DNA from: Candidatus Bruticola sp.
GTDB taxonomy: Bacteria; Vulcanimicrobiota; Xenobia; Xenobiales; Xenobiaceae
Length of the DNA stretch: 64,000 bases
Direction: 5' to 3'
NCBI GenBank assembly: GCA_051874735.1
Contig: JBJEGD010000002.1
Location: 76,334 to 140,333 of the forward strand
How positions within the stretch are numbered: the stretch's first letter is position 1; every line of letters begins with the position of its first letter. This document shows positions 20,050 to 28,334 of this stretch, one piece after another. Position numbers and translations under genes: made by a program. The notes under the pieces are model-generated. The model saw only the letters and a list, made by a program, of their open reading frames with translations, was not told where the DNA came from and made no database searches.

Positions 20050-20122
20050 AGAGAGTTAATGGCAAAGATCATCACCTGAAAATGATTCCCGGAAAGGGCT
20101 TAATCTTATCCGGATAAACTAA

Positions 20123-20173
20123 AGAGCGAGCACATCAAATTCGTTTTCTGCTGATTTGACGTCTCGCCTTTTC
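20123..20173 (+). terminator. Possible terminator hairpin between transglutaminase-like gene and kinase
   Basis: GCGAG-CAC-ATCAAAT...ATTTGAC-GT-CTCGC imperfect stem followed by CTTTT. Confidence 0.45.
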
Positions 20174-20221
20174 GTGTATATTTCAGCAGATCATACCTAG
20201 GTAATTATTTGTGAGTTTACG

Positions 20222-21850
20222 ATGAAAGTTTTAGTAGGCCAAGAGGGCCGATACATGTTGGCAGAACGATTGGGCAAAGGTGGTATGGGAGAAGTATACA
20301 GGGCTGTAGGTAATAGCCGCAACACTGATGTAGCTATAAAAATACTGCTTCCAGCTTTATGCCATCGAGAGTCTTCTCGCAAGCGCTTTGCTCGCGAGGC
20401 AGAAGCGGCTAGAAAATTAAATCATCCTGGCATTGTCAAAGTTTTAGACTACGGTCAATTTGATAATCGGCCTTTTATCGTTATGGAGTTAGTTACCGGA
20501 CAGTCACTGCGCGAGTACGTTCGCAATAAACGTCCCCTTCTCTCTCCAGAAGAGCTTTTGCTCCTCACCGCTGATCTATGTGACGCTATTCAACATGCTC
20601 ATAGCAAAGGTATTATCCATCGCGATCTGAAGCCGGATAATATTTTTGTCACCCATCAGGGCAAAATTAAAATTTTGGACTTTGGCCTAGCGAAACTGAG
20701 TTTAGATACAGATTTGACCGCTTTGACCAGATCGGGGACAGCCCTTGGAACTTGTACCTACATGTCTCCAGAGCAAGCTGAAGGCAAGGAAGCCACTCCA
20801 CGCTCAGACCTTTATTCAATAGGCGTGATGCTCTATGAATTTTTTTGCGGCCTGACTCCTTTTTCTGCAGCTGAAGCCTCCGAAGTATTGTACATGCAAG
20901 TAAATCGAAATCCTAAGCCTCCCTGCGATGTGGATCAGCATATACCGTTAGAAATAAGCAATCTTATTCTCAGGCTCATGAGTAAAAATCCTGAGAATCG
21001 TCCCAGTTCAGCAGCGATCCTTAAAGAAGAGATACGTACAATTATCAAACATTTACAGGAAGGCACTGTTAACTACAAACAGAACCAGATGTCTGATTAT
21101 ATAAATGCTGCCAGGCAGGCCCAACTCCAGCTGCAATCTAACCGACAGACAGATAGTTCAGATACTCTAAATCTGAATATAAACAGGGATTCAGAACAAG
21201 AAGAAAATCGGCCAGATGCTTACATAAATCGAGAACGCTACGCTGTTCAGCTGGATTACCAAGAAGCGGCTTCTTATCCACAGAACTATGCAGCACGAGT
21301 TACACCTAAGATAGAAAAATACAACCTTCCTAAACGAGTTACAGTTCTATCTATGTTAGCTCCCATAAAAGATATACTGCAGTCTTCCACCATGCTTAAC
21401 AACCTTTCTAAGAGTATAGGCGAGGCTATGCGCCAAGCGGTGGAAATAAACGGAGGCTTTGTGCTTCTGAATGAAGGCTCCAATTTAAAAGCAGCCTTTA
21501 CCGATGAATATGCTGGTACAAGAGCGGTTCGTTCTGTTCTCAGAACTCAAATGACTCTCAGACAGATCTATCGAGAGTTCGGTCTATATCAGCCCCCTTG
21601 TATGGCATCGGGTATTTACTCCGACGTTATACCTCCCTCTGTAAAAGGCTCATTTACTAAGGACAATTTAAGAGAAATAATTATCGGTGCCGTCACCTTA
21701 GGGAAATGGGCCAGCAAATATCCAAATGCAATTTTTATCTGCCTTGAGAGTGTCGATGCAGGTTTACGCTGCCAGAAAGTACGCACAATTTGCCTGCGCA
21801 ATCGAAAAACTCCAGTACAAATATGCAGAGTTATAGAGCTCATGCAATAA
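20222..21850 (+). CDS. Hanks-type Ser/Thr protein kinase with C-terminal degenerate class III nucleotide cyclase-like domain
   Basis: GKGGMGEVY, VAIK, HRDLKPDN, DFG, YMSPE and DLYSIG; the C-terminal VTVL...AVEINGGFV...AAF...AVRSVL...GIYS pattern follows the cyclase fold. Confidence 0.9.
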   Translation: MKVLVGQEGRYMLAERLGKGGMGEVYRAVGNSRNTDVAIKILLPALCHRESSRKRFAREAEAARKLNHPGIVKVLDYGQFDNRPFIVMELVTGQSLREYVRNKRPLLSPEELLLLTADLCDAIQHAHSKGIIHRDLKPDNIFVTHQGKIKILDFGLAKLSLDTDLTALTRSGTALGTCTYMSPEQAEGKEATPRSDLYSIGVMLYEFFCGLTPFSAAEASEVLYMQVNRNPKPPCDVDQHIPLEISNLILRLMSKNPENRPSSAAILKEEIRTIIKHLQEGTVNYKQNQMSDYINAARQAQLQLQSNRQTDSSDTLNLNINRDSEQEENRPDAYINRERYAVQLDYQEAASYPQNYAARVTPKIEKYNLPKRVTVLSMLAPIKDILQSSTMLNNLSKSIGEAMRQAVEINGGFVLLNEGSNLKAAFTDEYAGTRAVRSVLRTQMTLRQIYREFGLYQPPCMASGIYSDVIPPSVKGSFTKDNLREIIIGAVTLGKWASKYPNAIFICLESVDAGLRCQKVRTICLRNRKTPVQICRVIELMQ

Positions 21851-22023
21851 GGGCTAACTTTAGTTCCTATTAGCAAAAATGACCTAAAATCAACCTATAA
21901 AGGCTTTTATCCAACAGGATAGAAGACCAGCATTTGGCTCAAAATATTTTCTGACTTACCATTGTTGTCTAGAGACAACTGATAAGTTCAGAAGGCCCAA
22001 CAAATGCAACGTACAGGTGAATT

Positions 22024-22452
22024 GTGGCTTACACACTTATTTGCTACATTATTCCGCTGATATTACTTGTAATAGCTCTCTGCATGCTGATCAGCGATCT
22101 TATATTTATGCGCCGCGAGAAGAAGAACGGTATAGAAACCGGTTTCAGCTCGGTGTGGTTTATCGTACGGGTAGTGAAAATTATCTCCATCCTAGGAGTT
22201 GCTTACGCGATGTACACTCTGGATCCGCAGTTTTTACAAGCCCGTCCAGAAAATGCTCCTCCTGCAGATGCAGCAGCTCTCAATTCCTACAATTGGCAGT
22301 GGAATATAATTTTTGTCATGATTTTAATATTCTCTGCTTCATTTGTAACTGATGTATTCGGCCGTCTCAGGCTGCTGCAAACGAGCGAAGATAAAAGAGC
22401 TGAAAAGTTTTTTCAACTGAGTACGGATCTTTCTTCAGAGCATCAGTCATAA
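22024..22452 (+). CDS. Small membrane protein (3 predicted TM segments)
   Basis: Three hydrophobic stretches; GTG start after AGGTG; immediately upstream of shc. Confidence 0.7.
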   Translation: MAYTLICYIIPLILLVIALCMLISDLIFMRREKKNGIETGFSSVWFIVRVVKIISILGVAYAMYTLDPQFLQARPENAPPADAAALNSYNWQWNIIFVMILIFSASFVTDVFGRLRLLQTSEDKRAEKFFQLSTDLSSEHQS

Positions 22453-22508
22453 TGAAAAAATATATTGTAAGCTAAATTTTCTTTGTAATACAAGGAGAGA
22501 AAAAAATT

Positions 22509-24629
22509 ATGACCGATACTATGCGGCCTCAGGACAGCAACGACTGCAATTCTGAGCAAATTATCACTTCCAACGCAGCGTCCCTACCACAACCACCTCA
22601 AATTAACGTAACAGCCGCTTATTCTATGAGCGAAGTAGAAAAAGAGGCTTTAGCTCAATCTTTAAACCAAGCTATCGACCATGCAGTTGACTGGTTAAAA
22701 ACCGAACAGACAGAGCGTGGCTATTGGGCAGGATTTCTAAAAACGAACTCTGCTATCGAGGCAGAGTGGATTATGGCCATGTACTTTTTAGGTATTGACG
22801 ATGATCCTAAGTACAATGATGTAGTCCGCTCTATATTAAACGAACAGCGTCCTGACGGTTCCTGGAGTGTTTATTACGGTTCTACCTATGGTGACATTAA
22901 TGCCACAGTAGAAAGTTATACAGCCTTAAAAATTGCGGGCCATGCAGCTGATGCACCACATATGCAGAAGGCAAGACAGTGGATCATATCTAAGGGCGGT
23001 TTGAAACATGTGCGCGTCTTTACCCGATTCTGGCTAGCTTTATTAGGTGAATGGCCCTGGGAAGCTTGCCCCAATCTGCCTCCGGAAATTATCTTACTGC
23101 CCAACTGGTTCCCCATTAACCTATACAAATTCGCTAGTTGGGGACGCGCTACTATTGCCGCTCTTTGCCTTATATCAGCTGATCATCCGGTTAAAAAGCT
23201 CCCGGCAGATAAACGTCTTGATGAACTCTTTCCTCAAGGACGCAATCACATGGACTATTCGCTGCCCAAAGCCTCTACTCCCTGGGGCCATTTTTTCGCC
23301 GCAGCCGACAAGCTTTTAGGTTTATATACAGCAAAATCACCAATTAAACCTTTGCGCAAAACAGCTCTTAAGCTCTGCGAACAATGGATCATAGAGCGTC
23401 AGGAAAAGGACGGATGCTGGGCAGGTATTCAGCCTCCCTGGATTTACGCGTTAATCGGTTTATATACTCAAGGGTATTCAGTTGACCATCCAGTGGTCAA
23501 GGCTGGCTTACAGGCTTTTAATGAACCCTGGGCTTTCAAAACGGAACAAGGCACATACCTGCAGTGCTGCACTTCACCAGTATGGGACACCGTCTTAAGT
23601 TTAGTGGCTTTGAGCGACTGCAACGTAGAGGGAAGCCAGGAGATGGTCAAAAAAGCCCTGCGCTATACTCTAGATGAACAGATTATGAGTCGCGGAGACT
23701 GGCAGGTAAACAGCCCTCATACAGAGCCAGGCGGCTGGGCCTTTGAATACGAAAATGATTGTTATCCTGACGTCGATGACTCTGCCGTAGCCCTTACCGC
23801 TTTACTTCGCTATCGCAGCCAAGCACAAAATGTAGCTGAAATTGATATAGCCTTAAAACGTGGCTTCCAGTGGCTGAGAGCTCTGCGGTCTGCTAACGGT
23901 GCCTGGGGTGCTTTTGATAAAAACAACGATTGCGAATTAGTCTGCCAAATTCCCTTCTGCGATTTCGGGGAAGTGCTAGATCCTCCGTCAGCCGACGTCA
24001 CGGCCCATGTTATTGAAGCCTATGGAACAGCCGGTCAAACCATTCACCAAAGTGCTATGCTCCGCCAAGCCGTCAACTATCTGCGCCAGGAACAGGAAGC
24101 AGACGGTAGTTGGTTCGGACGCTGGGGTGTTAATTATATATACGGTACAGGTTTGGTTCTGCCCGCTTTGCAGTCTGTAGGAGTAGACATGCAGAGTCCC
24201 TGGATCAAAAAGGCTGCAGATTGGTTAGTTTCAGTACAAAAATCTGATGGCGGCTGGGGCGAATCGTGTGCGACCTATATGGATCCTAGTTTGAAAGGAC
24301 AAGGTTCTGCCACCCCTAGCCAAACAGCTTGGGCTCTAATGGGCTTACTGGCGATGGAAGATCACAGTTACGATCAGTACATACTAAAGGGCCTTAGCTG
24401 GCTGACCTCTCACCAAAAATATGGCTCTTGGGAGCAAAAAGAGTATACTGGCACCGGATTCCCAGGTTATGGAGCTGGAGCCCGCACGGAAATTAAGCAA
24501 GGTTCAGTTCTGGATCAGGGTGAGGAACTCAGCCGAGGCTTTATGCTTAACTACGCCATGTACCGTCACTATTTCCCCATGATGGCCTTAGGCAGAGCTC
24601 GGCGCCATTTTGCTCTGCCGATTCGCTAG
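22509..24629 (+). CDS. shc: Squalene-hopene cyclase
   Basis: DVDD protonation motif, multiple QW repeats (QRPDGSW, QEKDGCW, QEADGSW, QKSDGGW), SPVWDT, GGWAFE, GRWGVNYIYGT and GTGFP. Confidence 0.96.
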   Translation: MTDTMRPQDSNDCNSEQIITSNAASLPQPPQINVTAAYSMSEVEKEALAQSLNQAIDHAVDWLKTEQTERGYWAGFLKTNSAIEAEWIMAMYFLGIDDDPKYNDVVRSILNEQRPDGSWSVYYGSTYGDINATVESYTALKIAGHAADAPHMQKARQWIISKGGLKHVRVFTRFWLALLGEWPWEACPNLPPEIILLPNWFPINLYKFASWGRATIAALCLISADHPVKKLPADKRLDELFPQGRNHMDYSLPKASTPWGHFFAAADKLLGLYTAKSPIKPLRKTALKLCEQWIIERQEKDGCWAGIQPPWIYALIGLYTQGYSVDHPVVKAGLQAFNEPWAFKTEQGTYLQCCTSPVWDTVLSLVALSDCNVEGSQEMVKKALRYTLDEQIMSRGDWQVNSPHTEPGGWAFEYENDCYPDVDDSAVALTALLRYRSQAQNVAEIDIALKRGFQWLRALRSANGAWGAFDKNNDCELVCQIPFCDFGEVLDPPSADVTAHVIEAYGTAGQTIHQSAMLRQAVNYLRQEQEADGSWFGRWGVNYIYGTGLVLPALQSVGVDMQSPWIKKAADWLVSVQKSDGGWGESCATYMDPSLKGQGSATPSQTAWALMGLLAMEDHSYDQYILKGLSWLTSHQKYGSWEQKEYTGTGFPGYGAGARTEIKQGSVLDQGEELSRGFMLNYAMYRHYFPMMALGRARRHFALPIR

Positions 24630-24656
24630 AGATAGAATTAGACTGCCTCCCTAGCA

Positions 24657-24702
24657 GCATATCTGACTGGCCGACTTCTCAGCCCGGCCAGCCAGATATA
24701 GC
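24657..24702 (+). terminator. Hairpin downstream of shc
   Basis: ATATCTG-A-CTGGCCG...CGGCCAG-C-CAGATAT inverted repeat with a T-run shortly after. Confidence 0.5.
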
Positions 24703-24734
24703 TCCCAATTTTTTTTGACAAAGGAGCTTTAAAG

Positions 24735-26171
24735 GTGAAATACAAAGAGAAAATAGAGGGGCTTGAAGAGGCGAAGAAGCAGGGGGCTTTCGTGCGTTTA
24801 GGCTCTGATTACGAAGATTTTGCCATCAATTTGAATTTGGGCTGGATGCTTTACGATTCTATTGGCACATACGCCTGCCTCAAAGCCTTTCCCGATTTAA
24901 ACGCCTCACAAATTTCTCGTGCTTGGCTTACAGATGACCTGGACAGAGCCCAACCTTTGCTCGATGTATTTGAGCTTTCAGATGAAGGAGCCGCTGAAAC
25001 GGGTTATCCCGAACATAAAATTCTGCTCTTCTTCGGACCGATATCTCCACAAGCTCGCAGAGTCCGTTTAGAAGTGCAGCGTCTTGAACCTTCAGGTCCC
25101 GGACTCAGCTACCTCCACCCTATCGTTGATCCTTTCGCTTCTATGGGAGATCATCAGGCAGTACATATAATGGCTTGGGAAGAGCCAGATGATCCCATGG
25201 CTCCTATACCGATAGGAACTATTGCAGGGTGTTGGGCTTTCAATGTCGATTGTCCGCGCCGCAGCGGAACTTGGACCTATGCTAAACGCTTCCATCTTTG
25301 CCAAGAGATAAATATAGGCAGTGCTTGTATGTTCTTGGAGTTTTTAGACAGAGGAATTACCGGTTGGCGTTTGTCGAGTCGATTTTTATCGGGAACTAAC
25401 CGCTTTACCGATCTGAATGAACTGCAGGCCATTTTGTGGGAAAACTCCTCCCCCGACAATTTTATTGCCCAGCTCAGCGAAGAGGGACTCTTAGACAGCT
25501 TTGCTCCTCCAGTTATGCGCATGCAGTTACAATGTGTTGATACTGACGGCACATTAATTAAAAATGCGCAACTAAACGATATTTACGGGCCTCTAGGGGT
25601 ATTGAACAATAAGTTCTACCACTATTTTTCTCCCGATTTTGCGGAAAACGAAATTCCCAATCGACTGTCTATCAGCAAAATTATCGAAATGCCTCTTCCC
25701 AGTCCTTGGATATATAATTTTGATCCCAAAGATATATCCTCTATGCCTACAAAAGTGACTGAAGATCTGCCCTATTTTTCTCTTAAGCTCAAGCTCAGCA
25801 TAGAAGGTTTGTATTGGGAAGACAATATGATGCTGATAGCCCCCATGGCCATTATGGATCAAGATTCAGACGCTCAAGTTGATCTGGCCGACTGCGCTAT
25901 ACGAAACCTGAAAAATGGTGAAGCTTGTTTCTGTTTGGGACAAAGTTTAGTCGATCTGCCCCAGCCTAAAGCTTCTTTGAAGAGAGATCAAGTCTACGGT
26001 TGGCAGTATCCTCCAGTTCATAAGCATACCCGCAGTGCTAGTTTTGAAGTGTACACCATCAACATTACTCCTAAAGAAAATATTATTATCAATATAGTAC
26101 CCGTAGAGGCAGATCGCCAAACAGATCAGGACAACTACACTCTGCCCATGGCAGAAGATTTAGACGACTAA
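24735..26171 (+). CDS. Hypothetical protein (478 aa)
   Basis: Long ORF, AAGGAG RBS before GTG, no recognised motif. Confidence 0.7.
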   Translation: MKYKEKIEGLEEAKKQGAFVRLGSDYEDFAINLNLGWMLYDSIGTYACLKAFPDLNASQISRAWLTDDLDRAQPLLDVFELSDEGAAETGYPEHKILLFFGPISPQARRVRLEVQRLEPSGPGLSYLHPIVDPFASMGDHQAVHIMAWEEPDDPMAPIPIGTIAGCWAFNVDCPRRSGTWTYAKRFHLCQEINIGSACMFLEFLDRGITGWRLSSRFLSGTNRFTDLNELQAILWENSSPDNFIAQLSEEGLLDSFAPPVMRMQLQCVDTDGTLIKNAQLNDIYGPLGVLNNKFYHYFSPDFAENEIPNRLSISKIIEMPLPSPWIYNFDPKDISSMPTKVTEDLPYFSLKLKLSIEGLYWEDNMMLIAPMAIMDQDSDAQVDLADCAIRNLKNGEACFCLGQSLVDLPQPKASLKRDQVYGWQYPPVHKHTRSASFEVYTINITPKENIIINIVPVEADRQTDQDNYTLPMAEDLDD

Positions 26172-26248
26172 ATTTGTTAAGCGATTCTGAGCTTTTTAAC
26201 TTCTGCAGGTACATAAAAATAAAAAGCAAGGAGAACACAGTTAAAGTA

Positions 26249-27481
26249 ATGGCTATAGTTGAACGTTTCTGCCGCTATGCGGCCATTGATACTCATGCCG
26301 ATGAGGACAGCACTAGCAGTCCTTCAACTCCTGAGCAAATAGAATTTAATAAACAACTAAAAAAAGAGCTTATAGAAATGGGATGTCAAGAAGTTATCTT
26401 AGATGATTACGGTATCTTGACAGCTACTATTCCAGCCAATCGCCCCAATATTCCAGTTATAGCCTGGCTGGCCCACGTAGACACCTCTCCAGAAGTCGAC
26501 AGCCGCAACGTTAAGCCCCAAGTAGTGCCTAATTACCAAGGCCAAGTTCTGGTCTTGCCCGGTGATCCTTCCCAGAAACTTGATCCAGAAGAATTTCCTG
26601 AGCTCAAAACTGTCATTGGTCATACTTTAATTACTACTGACGGCACAACTCTTTTGGGCAGCGACTGCAAATCAGGTCTAACCGCTATAGTTGAAGCTGC
26701 TGAGCATTTAATTAACCATCCGGAAATTCCTCACGGTGAAATACGCTTAGTTTTCTCAATCGACGAAGAAATAGGCAAAGGCACAGTCCATATGAATCCA
26801 GAGCGCATAAAAGCTGATGTGGCCTATACCCTCGATGGAGGGGCAACTTCCATGATCGACTGTGAAACCTTCTCTGCCGATCTGGCTGTAGTTACCATCG
26901 AAGGCATCAATACTCATCCAGCCCACGGAAAAGGGCACATGGTCAACGCTCTGACCATAGGTGCAGACTTTGTATCCCGTTTACCTAAGCTAATTTTAAC
27001 TCCCGAAACCTCCGATGGGCGCCAAGGTTTTCTCCATCCTTACTCTTTTGAAGGTTCAGTAGGTTTTACAGAAATTAAAATTATTTTGCGCGACTTCGAA
27101 ACTGAAGCTTTGGCCCAGTATGCTAAAATACTCACAAATATTGCAGAGAACTTAGCTGCTGAAAATCCACGAGCCTCCATAAATGTCAACGTAGTTAAAC
27201 AATATCGCAATATGCGCGAAGGTTTATCTAAAGATCCCCGCGCTCTTGACTACGCAGAAGAAGCCATGCGCAGATTAGGCATAAATCCTGAACGCACTAT
27301 AATAAGAGGCGGAACTGACGGATCTGGCCTGACAGAAATGGGGCTCCCTACTCCCAACTTATCTAGCGGTCAGCACAATATCCATTCACGTTTAGAGTGG
27401 ACCAGCGCCGAAGAGATTGAACAGACAAAAAATGTGCTGTTGTCTTTAGCCCAAATTTGGTATGAGCACAGCTTAGATTAA
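26249..27481 (+). CDS. pepT: Peptidase T (M20B)
   Basis: AHVDTSP, DGTTLLGSD, DEEIG, TLDGG, IRGGTDG and HNIHS motifs; start moved to ATG 26249 (ERFCRY follows). Confidence 0.95.
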   Translation: MAIVERFCRYAAIDTHADEDSTSSPSTPEQIEFNKQLKKELIEMGCQEVILDDYGILTATIPANRPNIPVIAWLAHVDTSPEVDSRNVKPQVVPNYQGQVLVLPGDPSQKLDPEEFPELKTVIGHTLITTDGTTLLGSDCKSGLTAIVEAAEHLINHPEIPHGEIRLVFSIDEEIGKGTVHMNPERIKADVAYTLDGGATSMIDCETFSADLAVVTIEGINTHPAHGKGHMVNALTIGADFVSRLPKLILTPETSDGRQGFLHPYSFEGSVGFTEIKIILRDFETEALAQYAKILTNIAENLAAENPRASINVNVVKQYRNMREGLSKDPRALDYAEEAMRRLGINPERTIIRGGTDGSGLTEMGLPTPNLSSGQHNIHSRLEWTSAEEIEQTKNVLLSLAQIWYEHSLD

Positions 27482-27540
27482 AAAAAATATTAAGGAAAGC
27501 AGTTTTTTTACAATAATATTAAGAAAGACTGCCTGTTTGG

Positions 27541-27549
27541 TGGTATAAT
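27541..27549 (+). promoter_or_regulatory. Extended -10 element (TGGTATAAT) upstream of the 27680 ORF
   Basis: Perfect TGnTATAAT in an intergenic region. Confidence 0.55.
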
Positions 27550-27679
27550 CTAGGCAGATGCGGTGCTAAATTGCCTTCTAAGCCTGCCTTAGAATTAGTT
27601 TTAGCAAGTATTAACGCTATTTTTCTAATTACTGCTTATCAATATTATTTAGTTCAGCGCAACGAAAGGGTGTACTACA

Positions 27680-28096
27680 ATGGATGCTATTGGCGGTATC
27701 AGATCTGCTTCAGTTTCTCTCAGCGGCAAAGTTTCAGCCGGAGAAGTTATGAGAGAAGCCAATCACGCTATAAGCAAATGGGATTTGCAAAACTTAGGCT
27801 GGCGCGGATTCCAACAGCTCGACTGGGTGACCGACATTACGAACAAATACCCCGAAGCGGTCAATATTGCTCACACTTGCTCTTCTCATCAGCCTGGCTA
27901 CTTAGATCAGGTCAGTGATCTTTTTGAGGGCATGCCTAAGGCCGATCAAAAAGAAGTTCACAAGTACTTCATCGGCAAGCTTGGCCTCGAGGAGCTTTCC
28001 TGCCGCAGAAGCGGAGCAGCCGGCGGTCTCTGCGACAAGAAGGGAGCTTATCTGCAAATTTGCCAGTTAACTAAAGAGCTCAGCAGCGGCAACTAA
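27680..28096 (+). CDS. Hypothetical protein (138 aa), monocistronic
   Basis: AAAGGG RBS, own promoter and own terminator. Confidence 0.7.
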   Translation: MDAIGGIRSASVSLSGKVSAGEVMREANHAISKWDLQNLGWRGFQQLDWVTDITNKYPEAVNIAHTCSSHQPGYLDQVSDLFEGMPKADQKEVHKYFIGKLGLEELSCRRSGAAGGLCDKKGAYLQICQLTKELSSGN

Positions 28097-28123
28097 ATTT
28101 TATACCAACCTGACTTATTAAAG

Positions 28124-28160
28124 AAATCCTCTTACTTGTACAGTGTAGGGGATTTTTTTA
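28124..28160 (+). terminator. Rho-independent terminator
   Basis: AAATCCTCTTAC...GTAGGGGATTT followed by a T-run. Confidence 0.7.
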
Positions 28161-28334
28161 CTTCTACAGCTCAGAAATACCTAAAATTACAGTCATGCTG
28201 CAGGCTATAATTTTCTTGTGTTGAAGCTCTGGCCTGTCATTTATAAGACTGTTTGTTTGTTGTATTATCAACGATTTATAAAAGATTATTAACCATCAAC
28301 AGCACTAAAATGCTTATTAAGCGAGGTTATTTCT

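Noticed and set aside
26640-26680. PepT GSDCKSG instead of GADDKAG as another dead enzyme
   Set aside because: The first, metal-binding Asp and the other ligands (His, Glu-Glu, Asp, His) are retained, so the enzyme is probably active.
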